From positions 211,971 through 275,970 of IMG/VR virus record IMGVR_UViG_3300047157_000197: DNA of 64,000 nt. One strand, given 5' to 3'. Positions 20,216 to 29,645 of the stretch are shown here, piece by piece; position 1 is the stretch's first letter, and every line of letters starts with the position of its first letter. The notes below the pieces were generated by a model. The model was not told where the DNA came from, searched no databases, and saw only the letters and a program-made list of their open reading frames with translations. Made by a program: the position numbers and the translations under genes.

Positions 20216-20605
20216 ATGACTGAGAAAGAAGTCCAAAAAATAATCAACGAAGTTTATCCAAAGATAGAGAAACATTATGGTTACTCTAAATTTATATCAG
20301 AGTGTACTCCTTATGTAGAAACTCATTATAATATCTATGCTAGATATAGTGGTGAACCTGAAGCTAGAGGTGAACAAGATGATTGTCATGCTGAATTTGA
20401 TAGAACTGATAATAGTATTGTTATCTATTGGCCTAATATGAAAAATAGAAAACATATAATTCAAACTTTAGTTCACGAATACCAACATTACCTACAATCA
20501 CCATCTTGGTTCAAAAGATATTATGATATGGGATATGATTATGGTAATCATCCTTACGAAGTTCAAGCGTATGGTGAAGAAAAGAATTGGGTTCTTTTTA
20601 AATAA
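20216..20605 (+). CDS. small HExxH metallopeptidase-like protein
   Basis: TLVHEYQH...HPYEVQA. Confidence 0.7.
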   Translation: MTEKEVQKIINEVYPKIEKHYGYSKFISECTPYVETHYNIYARYSGEPEARGEQDDCHAEFDRTDNSIVIYWPNMKNRKHIIQTLVHEYQHYLQSPSWFKRYYDMGYDYGNHPYEVQAYGEEKNWVLFK

Positions 20606-20633
20606 TATATTTATACACAAATAGGAGAACATT

Positions 20634-20960
20634 ATGATAACATTAAAATCAATATTAGAAGATGCTAAAATCAATACAAAGATTGATGAAGCAAACGATA
20701 CATACTTTAAATCTTTTACAGATGCAGTAGAATTCGCTAGAAAAGCTACTGAAAAAAGAGGATTCACAATCGATGAAGATGATTGGCAATCTCAAATTGC
20801 TTTTGGTGGTAAGTATTCTCGTTCAAGGCCTTCTAAAGGTAAAACGAATTCATTTACAGTAGGGTTACTTAAAAAAGGTAAACCACAAAGAAAATCATTA
20901 CAAATCTCTGTATTTGGTATGGATAGTGGTTCTTATGAATTAACCCACTACATTAACTAA
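20634..20960 (+). CDS. hypothetical protein with MITLKSILE leader
   Basis: ORF track; GGAG and TATTTATA upstream. Confidence 0.7.
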   Translation: MITLKSILEDAKINTKIDEANDTYFKSFTDAVEFARKATEKRGFTIDEDDWQSQIAFGGKYSRSRPSKGKTNSFTVGLLKKGKPQRKSLQISVFGMDSGSYELTHYIN

Positions 20961-21506
20961 TGATTAAATTAAAAGATATGATAAGTAGAAGTTTATTTGT
21001 TGAATCAAAGAAACTCAGAGTTTTTGACTTTGATGATACTTTGGTTAAAACAACTTCGTTTATTTATATTACTAATGGTGATAAGAAAAAGAAACTTACA
21101 CCAGGTCAATATGCAGTTTACAATGAGAAGCCTGGTGATGAATTTGATTTCTCAGATTTCCAAAAAGTACAAGACCCAAAAGAAATTAAAAAGATAACTA
21201 AACGTTTTTCGTAGAATCGTAAAAAGTAGTGGTGGTGATGGAGTTCACATCCTAACTGCCAGAGCAGCATACAAACCGATAAGACAATATCTAAAAGATA
21301 TCGGTATTAACATGAGTAAAATATATGTAACCGCATTAGCATCTAACAATCCAAAAGATAAAGCAGATTGGATTGAAGATAAGATTGATAATGAAGGATA
21401 TGATGATGTATATTTTGCTGATGATTCCAAAAAGAACGTTGAAGCAACTAAAAAAATGTTAAGAAAAAAAAATATTAAGTTTAGAGTTCAACTGATAAAA
21501 CATTAA
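20960..21506 (+). CDS. HAD-family phosphatase with MIKLKD leader (one-base insertion near 21201)
   Basis: FDFDDTL, ILTAR, YFADD; removing one A joins the 20960 and 21312 ORFs. Confidence 0.75.
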
Positions 21507-21556
21507 GTTCGGTATGATTATTGAACTATATACTAAATAAATCTATATTTATAAAT

Positions 21557-22495
21557 ATGAGACACCTAATATACATACTGTGGGTGTTGTTACTTACATC
21601 TTGTGGTACAACATACCAACTATCAACAATCAATCACGACCCAATCTATACATCTGATGGAACAGAAATCCAATTTGATGTAGTAGATAACGAATTTCAA
21701 TTAGCAAGAAAGTTCAGAACAGATGATAAATTCCGATGGGATTTTGCACAATTTGCAATGAAACAAGACCTAAGATGGAACTATGATTTCTATTTCAATA
21801 ATAGAATGTACAGAAGTCCATATGCATCACCATTTGATTTCTATTGGAACTCACATAACTATTGGTGGAATTGGGCAACTAATTCACATTTCAATATGGG
21901 ATTCAATCATTGGGATAGATTTGGATTCTATGGATATGGTAGTTCTTTTGGATATTATGGATTCAATAGATATGGTTGGAACAATGGTTACTATGGTAAT
22001 GGTTGGGGATACAGACAGAGAATGAATGATTATGCATGGAGAAATAGAAATAGAACAAATACAGCTTATGTAGTTGGTAGAAGAAGTTCAAACAATGTTG
22101 TAGTTGGTAATAGAACTAACGTAATAAAAGATAGAGTTATTATTAATAGAAACAAACCTAGACTGGTTGTTGATAAGGATGTAGTTATTGATAGAGCAAT
22201 TATCAAACTTAAACGAAATAACAACAACATCAGAGTTTACGAAAACCCTAATAACGTTCCTAATAAAATTATAATAAGAAATAATAACAACAGTAAACCT
22301 GTTAGAAATTATAATAGACCAGAGAACAATAGAAATAACTTTAACAGAAATAATAATACAAGACCAAGTAGAACTTACACACCTCCATCAAGAAGTTCTT
22401 CACCACCTGTGATTAGTAGACCTCCAACAAGAAGTTCTAATCCACCTGTGATTAGTAGAGGTAGTGGTGGTAGTAGAGGTTCTGTAAAGAATTAG
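21557..22495 (+). CDS. lipoprotein with aromatic/Gly/Asn-rich and Arg/Asn/Ser-rich low-complexity regions
   Basis: Lipobox LTS-C; likely start 21557. Confidence 0.7.
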   Translation: MRHLIYILWVLLLTSCGTTYQLSTINHDPIYTSDGTEIQFDVVDNEFQLARKFRTDDKFRWDFAQFAMKQDLRWNYDFYFNNRMYRSPYASPFDFYWNSHNYWWNWATNSHFNMGFNHWDRFGFYGYGSSFGYYGFNRYGWNNGYYGNGWGYRQRMNDYAWRNRNRTNTAYVVGRRSSNNVVVGNRTNVIKDRVIINRNKPRLVVDKDVVIDRAIIKLKRNNNNIRVYENPNNVPNKIIIRNNNNSKPVRNYNRPENNRNNFNRNNNTRPSRTYTPPSRSSSPPVISRPPTRSSNPPVISRGSGGSRGSVKN

Positions 22496-22540
22496 TTAAT
22501 ATTAATTTCTTTATATTTATATAGGTAAAGGAAATACCAT

Positions 22541-24007
22541 ATGTCAAGATTAAAAAAAGAAATCCTAAATAAACTTAAAGAGTATGCCGGTAAGATGGGT
22601 AAAGACCATCTAGGTGGTGATGATATTGAATCCCCAAAAAAAGGTGGGTTAAGAGATTTTGATGGATACGATAACGTAGACTACAATCAAGATATGCCAA
22701 TGGATGAAATGCAGGTTGTAAACAAAGCAACAGGTAAAGATATTACCAAGCACGTTTTAGCTTTATTATCGGGTAAAATTGATAAGAAAAAGTTTGAAAA
22801 ACTTACTGGTCTAAAAAAAGAATCAGTAAACGAAGTTGGAGTAAATGTTTGGTATTTTTACAAAAAAGCTAACAAAAATAAGAATAAGTTTTTTAAGATG
22901 TTATCTGATTTTCGTAAAAAACATAGTGATACTGCATGGATAAAGATGTTAAATTATGCTCTTGAGGATTTTAATGAAAATCCAAAGAAGTATAAAACAA
23001 TTGATGATAAACAAAATATATTATTTAAAAACCTTCAAAACAATAAAAAAGTATATGAGGGTATGATGTCTACAATAGACCAAATCAGACAAGATTCAAA
23101 AGATGTTAGAGATTTCGTAAAGAACGTATTTAAGGATAGAGAATTTAAAAAGATGAGTAATGATAAAGATTTCATTAAGTATCTTAAATCTATCTATGAA
23201 GGTACTACAAATGAAGATGGTCATCCACAAAATTGGATGAGTGGTAGAACTTCTGATTACCATACTGCACTAAGAGGTAAGAATAAAGATTATAGTGGTG
23301 GTACTAACTTTAAAAAAAAGAATCATGGTCAACCAGATGTTGAAGAAGATGATGAGGACCAAGAAACTAACCATCTGAGTAATAAACAAACTCATATAAA
23401 ATCTCCATTAAAAATGGCAGAGAGTGGAAAAAAAAAATCCGATAAGAACTACAAAGATTGGAAAAGTAGTAGATTAAGAAAAGAAATATCTAAAAAACTT
23501 AAAGAATACGGTCAAAGATTAGATTTATCATTTATAGAAGATGAAGAAGCTAAGTTAGATGGAACATATCCATCAACTGATGCAATTGATAGAGATATTG
23601 ATGAAACTGCTAAAAGAGATTACAAAGATGAGTACAAGAAATTTCAATCATCAAAGAAATCAAAGAAATACAGAGCGGAATTAAATAAGTACAATAGACA
23701 AAAGGGTACTTATGGTAATGGTGATGGTAAAGATGCTTCACATAAAGGTGGGAAGATAGTAGGTTTTGAATCTGCATCTAAAAATCGTGGCAGAAAAGAA
23801 AAGAGTAGGTTAAAGAAAGAATCAATTACACTAGATGAAATCGGTATATTTCCTGTAAACAATTACCTTAAAGGTATGATTCCACGAAACATGATGGATA
23901 CTACAACAAGACAGAAAAAAGAAAGATTAAAATCAACTATAAATGATTTGAAAAGTACGTTAAATCATTTTTGGAAATCACATGATATACCATATAGGAT
24001 AAAATAA
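22541..24007 (+). CDS. modular protein with Glu-bounded segments, including an HNH-like module
   Basis: ESVNE, VYEG, IYEG junctions; KRDYKDEY...GDGKDASH...SKNR segment. Confidence 0.6.
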   Translation: MSRLKKEILNKLKEYAGKMGKDHLGGDDIESPKKGGLRDFDGYDNVDYNQDMPMDEMQVVNKATGKDITKHVLALLSGKIDKKKFEKLTGLKKESVNEVGVNVWYFYKKANKNKNKFFKMLSDFRKKHSDTAWIKMLNYALEDFNENPKKYKTIDDKQNILFKNLQNNKKVYEGMMSTIDQIRQDSKDVRDFVKNVFKDREFKKMSNDKDFIKYLKSIYEGTTNEDGHPQNWMSGRTSDYHTALRGKNKDYSGGTNFKKKNHGQPDVEEDDEDQETNHLSNKQTHIKSPLKMAESGKKKSDKNYKDWKSSRLRKEISKKLKEYGQRLDLSFIEDEEAKLDGTYPSTDAIDRDIDETAKRDYKDEYKKFQSSKKSKKYRAELNKYNRQKGTYGNGDGKDASHKGGKIVGFESASKNRGRKEKSRLKKESITLDEIGIFPVNNYLKGMIPRNMMDTTTRQKKERLKSTINDLKSTLNHFWKSHDIPYRIK

Positions 24008-24009
24008 TA

Positions 24010-24330
24010 ATGATAAAACTTACATCTATACTTAACGAAGGAAAGATATTATTACAATCTAAAGATAAGAATGCTGAATTACCATCAGTATTTCCTGATT
24101 TTTTAGTACACGCTAAAGAACATAATGTAATACAATTTATTCCAAGAAAATCAGTTGATTTAGATAAAATAGACCAATTGGGTAATATATCAAAAGATGA
24201 TATCACTAAACAATTAGCTAGTTGGGCTGAAAAGAAAACAAAAATCAAATATAAACCATTTAACGATTTCCAAGGAGCAGGATATGGAATTCGTATAGAT
24301 ATGGATTACATTGGAAAAAAACTTAAATAA
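24010..24330 (+). CDS. hypothetical protein with MIKLTSILNE leader
   Basis: ORF track. Confidence 0.65.
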   Translation: MIKLTSILNEGKILLQSKDKNAELPSVFPDFLVHAKEHNVIQFIPRKSVDLDKIDQLGNISKDDITKQLASWAEKKTKIKYKPFNDFQGAGYGIRIDMDYIGKKLK

Positions 24331-24340
24331 GGAGAATCAA

Positions 24341-24829
24341 ATGGCAATAGTACCAAAAGGAATCGTAGTACATAGTATGGGTGAGTATCTTCAATGGGAA
24401 GGTGAATGGATAACAGCTCATGAATTTTTAAAAGAATTGAAACTCTCAGTTCATGGATTTATACATCCTGATGGTAAATATGAAAAGATGATTTCATCAC
24501 CTGGTAAAGCATCTCATGCTGGTAAATCAGAATGGAATGGATTACAACATTTAAACTCACATTATTTAGGATTTGAATTGTTAGTACCTGGTAAACAAAC
24601 GTATGGTTCGTTTTTAAAGGCAATAGAACAAGAAGGTACTTATACTGAAGAACAATTTAAATCATCAGTAGATACAGTAAAATGGTGGATGAAAGAATAT
24701 AATATCCCTGCAGAAAATGTAGTAAGACATTCTGATTGTAGTGGAGACCATGTAAGAGGAAGTGGAAAAGGAAAAGTAGACCCTGGCTCTGCATTTGATT
24801 GGGAACGATTTAAGAAAGAAATTTCATAA
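24341..24829 (+). CDS. N-acetylmuramoyl-L-alanine amidase (Amidase_2), candidate endolysin
   Basis: VVHS, SHAG, GFE, RHSD, KVDPG; start 24341 after AAGGAG. Confidence 0.85.
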   Translation: MAIVPKGIVVHSMGEYLQWEGEWITAHEFLKELKLSVHGFIHPDGKYEKMISSPGKASHAGKSEWNGLQHLNSHYLGFELLVPGKQTYGSFLKAIEQEGTYTEEQFKSSVDTVKWWMKEYNIPAENVVRHSDCSGDHVRGSGKGKVDPGSAFDWERFKKEIS

Positions 24830-24886
24830 ATTTTTATATATATAAGTAATAAAGGTTACAACTCACATTTAAGGAGGAGTAATACA

Positions 24887-25217
24887 ATGATTGATAAAGA
24901 ATTAGAGAAAGCAAATACCAGTCATCCAGCAGATACAAACGGTGATGGTAAAGTATCTAAAGAAGAACACGATATGTATCTTGAATTCAAGAGAAAAGAA
25001 CTTGAAGATAAAGATGCTATGAGAGATGCACAACGTAGAATGGCATGGTTTGCCTTAATTGGTATGTTACTATATCCATTCGCAGTTGTAATCGCTTCAG
25101 TAAGTGGTGTGGAACAAGCATCAACTATACTTGGTGATATGGCAAGCTACATATTTTGTTTCAGTTGCAGCAATAGTTGCAGCATTCTTTGGTACACAAG
25201 CGTACTCAAGTAAATAA
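24887..25217 (+). CDS. EF-hand + 2-TM holin-like membrane protein (one-base insertion near 25144)
   Basis: DTNGDGKVSKEE; removing one A restores ATYFVSVAAIVAAFFGTQAYSSK*; next to the amidase. Confidence 0.55.
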
Positions 25218-25236
25218 AGTTATAAAATTATAAAAA

Positions 25237-26007
25237 TTGGATAGATTTAAAAAAATACCACCTCTTGATATGAGTGAGTGGTTTGTTACAGAAAAAGAAA
25301 AGGACACCTTTCATCCTAATGATTGGAATATGCCAGTGCCTTGGATATCCTCATTTATTTTTACACATATAAAATCTGAATTTTGGGGTTATGGAAACGA
25401 CCAAGAATGGGATTATAAGCATAGACCAAAAGTTTTACAAATTGGTTGTGCTCAAGGATGGGATGCCATTGAAAATGCCAAAATACTTAAATTGCCTTCA
25501 ATAAATGGAGAGCTTCATATTATTGACTGGTTCAAAGGTAATTTAACTGTTGATACAGAAGAAGAATGGTATTATAATGAAAATAACCCACCAGAATGGA
25601 AATCCCACTTATGGAGTGAGGCAAAAAAATTCAAAGTAGATGATATTATAACAGTATTTGAAGGCGATTCAAGAAAAATGATTCATAATGTTATGGATAA
25701 TTGGTATGATATTATTTTTATTGACGGTGGTCATGAATATGATATCGTAAAATCAGATGTTGAAAATGGTTATAGAAAATTAAAAAAAGGTGGTATTATG
25801 GTTTTTGATGATTTTTCAGGAGATGAAACTACCTATGATGAATTAAATATCAAAGATGCATCTGAAGAAATGTTAGAAAAAGATACTTGGGAATTTGAAT
25901 CACATGGTTTGGTTCATGTTGGTGTTATAAAAGCAGTACATGAATTTTTAAAAGGAGATTATATTTCTGTTCCATGTCATCATAAATGCTATCACATTAA
26001 AAAATAA
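25237..26007 (+). CDS. class I SAM methyltransferase (Methyltransf_24-like)
   Basis: QIGCAQG, GDS, IFIDGGHEY, GGIMVFDD. Confidence 0.85.
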   Translation: MDRFKKIPPLDMSEWFVTEKEKDTFHPNDWNMPVPWISSFIFTHIKSEFWGYGNDQEWDYKHRPKVLQIGCAQGWDAIENAKILKLPSINGELHIIDWFKGNLTVDTEEEWYYNENNPPEWKSHLWSEAKKFKVDDIITVFEGDSRKMIHNVMDNWYDIIFIDGGHEYDIVKSDVENGYRKLKKGGIMVFDDFSGDETTYDELNIKDASEEMLEKDTWEFESHGLVHVGVIKAVHEFLKGDYISVPCHHKCYHIKK

Positions 26008-26016
26008 AATAAAGTT

Positions 26017-26490
26017 ATGATATATTGGTTCACAGGACAACCTGCAGCAGGAAAAACTATTTTAGGTAAAAAATTAATTGAGTTTCTTAAAACAGAAAAG
26101 AGAAATTGGAGAAGAACAGTCTTTCATTTAGATGGAGATGATTTAAGAGAACTAACTGTTAATAAAGATTATACCCCAAAGGGTAGAGAAATCAATATAA
26201 GAAATGCTCAGATGATTACAGAATTTCTTCATAAGAATGGGTGTGATGTAGTTGTTTCACTTGTAGCACCTCCAAGATGGTTACGAGAAGAATTCAAAGA
26301 AAGAATAGGTTTAGAAAACTTTCAAGAATTTTATGTACATTGTTCAGACCCTCGTGAAAGAGACCACTTTCATAGTAAGAATTACGAAGCACCTCAAGAT
26401 AACTTCATCGATGTTGATACAACAAAACATTCACCCGAAAAATCATTTTCAAAGATTATAAATACGCTGAAAAAGTTAAATAGATTATAA
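26017..26490 (+). CDS. cysC: adenylylsulfate (APS) kinase
   Basis: WFTGQPAAGKT, LDGDDLR, YEAP. Confidence 0.8.
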   Translation: MIYWFTGQPAAGKTILGKKLIEFLKTEKRNWRRTVFHLDGDDLRELTVNKDYTPKGREINIRNAQMITEFLHKNGCDVVVSLVAPPRWLREEFKERIGLENFQEFYVHCSDPRERDHFHSKNYEAPQDNFIDVDTTKHSPEKSFSKIINTLKKLNRL

Positions 26491-27533
26491 TGATTGATAA
26501 AAAAGAATATATCTGTTCAATGCCGTTTCAATATACAGAGGTATTTGATGACAGACAATATCTTTGTTGTCCCTCTTGGTTAGATGTGGATGTGTGGGAT
26601 GGAAAATCAATAAAATCTAGTTTTAATAGTGATAAGTCAAAAGAAGTTAGAGAATCTATTTTAGATGGTTCTTACAAATATTGCAATGAAACACAATGTC
26701 CATATTTATCAGGTCTAAAAAATAATAACTTATCAAAGAAATTTATAAAAAAAGATAAAAAAATTATAAACAACCTAAGAAGTAACGTTGAAATAAAAAC
26801 AGTTAATTTTTGTTTTGATAGAAGTTGTAATTTTCAATGTCCATCTTGTAGAAATGAATTAATAAACTACTATGGAAAAGATAGAGAACAAGTTGAAGTA
26901 AAACTTAAAGAAATTACAGATGAGATATCATCAACTGTAAAAATATTATATCTCACAGGAACTGCAGACCCATTTTACTCTAAATCATTTAGAGAGTTTT
27001 TAGAAAAATTAGATTCTACCAAATTTAAAAAATTAGAATCAATTCATTTACATACTAATGGAAGTTTATGGAATGAAAAAATGTGGAATAGATTAAGTGC
27101 AATACATCCTTATGTAAAAACTTGTGAAATATCAATAGATGCTGGAACAAAAAAAACCTATGAAACTAAAACAAGAATCGGTGGTAAGTGGGATGTGTTG
27201 TTAGAAAATTTAAAGTTTATCACCACAATAGATACTATACAATTCTTTAGTTTTTCATTTGTAGTACAAGACAGTAATTTTAGAGAAATGAAACTATTCT
27301 ATGATATAATAACTAATTGTATGAAAGGAAGTAAATCTAAATTTGATGTATTTTATAATTCAATAACAAATTGGGGTACTTATAGTGAAGAAGAATATAA
27401 TGAAAAAAATGTTACAAATTCAAATCATAAAGACCATAGCGAGTTTTTGGAAGTATTAAAAACAATGAAAGATTTACCTTTCTTTACAAATAATTTTAAT
27501 CACTTATATGAAAAAACAATAAGTTTAATATAA
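26490..27533 (+). CDS. radical SAM enzyme with N-terminal SPASM/twitch-like Cys cluster
   Basis: CNFQCPSC; N-terminal C..P, CC, C...CP. Confidence 0.85.
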   Translation: MIDKKEYICSMPFQYTEVFDDRQYLCCPSWLDVDVWDGKSIKSSFNSDKSKEVRESILDGSYKYCNETQCPYLSGLKNNNLSKKFIKKDKKIINNLRSNVEIKTVNFCFDRSCNFQCPSCRNELINYYGKDREQVEVKLKEITDEISSTVKILYLTGTADPFYSKSFREFLEKLDSTKFKKLESIHLHTNGSLWNEKMWNRLSAIHPYVKTCEISIDAGTKKTYETKTRIGGKWDVLLENLKFITTIDTIQFFSFSFVVQDSNFREMKLFYDIITNCMKGSKSKFDVFYNSITNWGTYSEEEYNEKNVTNSNHKDHSEFLEVLKTMKDLPFFTNNFNHLYEKTISLI

Positions 27534-27934
27534 TGGCAAATATAAAAACAAAAGCAGATAAAGAATCTTCCTCATCAGAAGTAAAGTATTCATTCTTTGC
27601 AGGTAGATGGCAACCACTTCACAAGGGGCATCTATGGTTAATTAATGAAAGATTAAAAGAAGGATATAAAGTATGGTTAGGTATCAGAGATGTAGAACCA
27701 GATGAAAAGAATCCTTGGACTGCAGAAGAAATTCTAAAAATGGTTCATGAAGGTGAGTTAAAAGAACTCATCTTAGAGGGTAAGGTAATTGCAACCATTA
27801 TACCTGATATCGAATCTATCAACTATGGTAGAGGAGTAGGATATGATATCATAGAGCACGTACCACCAAAAGAGATTGGGGATATTTCAGCAACATCTAT
27901 TCGTAATCAAATGAAAAAAGATGGTAAGCTATGA
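27533..27934 (+). CDS. HIGH-family nucleotidyltransferase
   Basis: GRWQPLHKGH, ISATSIR. Confidence 0.8.
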   Translation: MANIKTKADKESSSSEVKYSFFAGRWQPLHKGHLWLINERLKEGYKVWLGIRDVEPDEKNPWTAEEILKMVHEGELKELILEGKVIATIIPDIESINYGRGVGYDIIEHVPPKEIGDISATSIRNQMKKDGKL

Positions 27935-28419
27935 TTTTGTTTCAAGAAAAACTTATAGATGATATAGAAATAAAATACCTTCTTAATCTTTGGGATACTA
28001 ATTTAGTTCAAGATAATACTAAATTTTTAGATGAATATAAAGCACTAGCAATGGAATGGGTTGATGTAATTAAAAATAAGTTAGATATAAGTAGCTTGCA
28101 CAACGGAGGGTTTCATAATAAAAATTTTGAAAAAATAAGAATACAACATTATCACGAATCCATTGGTAATATAGAAACATACCATGGTCATGTCAATATT
28201 CATAATTATATTATATTTTTGAATGATGATTTTAAAGGTGGCGAATTAGAATTTGAAAATGGAATAATCATTAAACCATCAAAGGGAAGTTTAGTATATT
28301 TCAATAATAATGAAAGACATAGAGTTCTACCTTGTATCGGAAGTAGATATGTATTTACTGCATTAGGAAATACAGAAGCAAATATAGAATTTAAATCTAA
28401 AGAAAAAAGTATTATATAA
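27931..28419 (+). CDS. 2OG-Fe(II) oxygenase-like protein
   Basis: FLNDDFKGGEL, H..., GSRY; first ligand motif atypical (HxH/HxN). Confidence 0.65.
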   Translation: MILFQEKLIDDIEIKYLLNLWDTNLVQDNTKFLDEYKALAMEWVDVIKNKLDISSLHNGGFHNKNFEKIRIQHYHESIGNIETYHGHVNIHNYIIFLNDDFKGGELEFENGIIIKPSKGSLVYFNNNERHRVLPCIGSRYVFTALGNTEANIEFKSKEKSII

Positions 28420-28420
28420 T

Positions 28421-28615
28421 ATGGCATCAATAAAAGAAACTTTTATCAAAACTATTATTTGGAGAGTAATTGCTACTTCAATAACATTTTTAGTTAGTTG
28501 GGTTATAAGCGGTAACTTAGAGTTTGGATTAATGATAGGTGGTATAGATACAATAATAAAAACAATCGGGTATTTTACATATGAAAGATTATGGAATACT
28601 AAAAAAACAAAATAA
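28421..28615 (+). CDS. DUF2061-like small membrane protein
   Basis: KTIIWR...YERLW. Confidence 0.75.
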   Translation: MASIKETFIKTIIWRVIATSITFLVSWVISGNLEFGLMIGGIDTIIKTIGYFTYERLWNTKKTK

Positions 28616-28616
28616 A

Positions 28617-29645
28617 ATGATAAAACCAAATGTAAAAAATGAATGGGGTGATTTAAAAGAAATCATTGTAGGAAGTGCAATAAATGCACAAGTACCAACT
28701 GTTGGGGATAAATGTTTACATAATATTGATTATGCACACCTATCTGATGAAGAATTTAAAAACAGACCAAGTGGATTATATCCTCAAAAACTGATAGATG
28801 AAACTGAAGAAGATTTAGATGGAATTTCAGACCAACTTAGAGAACTTGGAGTAAAGGTTCACAGACCATTAGAAAGAGATTTTTCACAACCTATAAAAAC
28901 AGATAATTGGGAAGTTGATGGTTATTATAACTATTGCCCAAGAGATTCTATGTTAGTTATCAACGATAAAGTTATTGCAACACCAATGACTCTTAGACAT
29001 AGAAGTAATGAAGCAGAAACTTGTAAACCATTATTTGACCCAACACATTGGGTAGATGCTCCAAAACCAAAATTATTAGATTCAATCTATCAAAGAGAAG
29101 ATTTATCTATTCCAACGTTACTTGATGGTGAACCTGTTTTTGATGCAGCAAATGTTATTAAACATAATAATGATTTACTATATTTAGTTTCTAATACAGG
29201 TAATAAGACTGGTGCAGAGTGGTTAGAAAGATATTGTAAAGAAAACTTTGGTGAAGAATATAATGTACATTTAGCACAAGGTGTTTATGCATACATTCAT
29301 ATTGATACAACTTTTGTATTTGTAGGAGAAGGTAAGGTACTTTTAAATCCAACAAGAGTTAATGAATTCAATATACCAGAATTTTTAAAACCTTTTGATA
29401 AGATATGGGCACCCGAACCATTTCCTACTCAAGTACTTGATAATTGGTGTCCTGCTTCACCATGGTTGGGAATGAATATTTTACCAATCAATGATAAGTT
29501 AATAATGGTTGAAGAACACCAAACTCTACTAATGAAAGAATTAAAAAGATTTGGAATAGATACAATACCTGTAAGAATGAGACATGCTAGAACTTTTAGT
29601 GGTGGACCTCATTGTGTAACCTTAGATGTAGTTAGAGGTGAGTAA
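28617..29645 (+). CDS. amidinotransferase (glycine/inosamine-phosphate amidinotransferase family)
   Basis: NEW..LKEIIVG, CPRD, FDAA, HID, GGPHC; start 28617. Confidence 0.88.
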   Translation: MIKPNVKNEWGDLKEIIVGSAINAQVPTVGDKCLHNIDYAHLSDEEFKNRPSGLYPQKLIDETEEDLDGISDQLRELGVKVHRPLERDFSQPIKTDNWEVDGYYNYCPRDSMLVINDKVIATPMTLRHRSNEAETCKPLFDPTHWVDAPKPKLLDSIYQREDLSIPTLLDGEPVFDAANVIKHNNDLLYLVSNTGNKTGAEWLERYCKENFGEEYNVHLAQGVYAYIHIDTTFVFVGEGKVLLNPTRVNEFNIPEFLKPFDKIWAPEPFPTQVLDNWCPASPWLGMNILPINDKLIMVEEHQTLLMKELKRFGIDTIPVRMRHARTFSGGPHCVTLDVVRGE

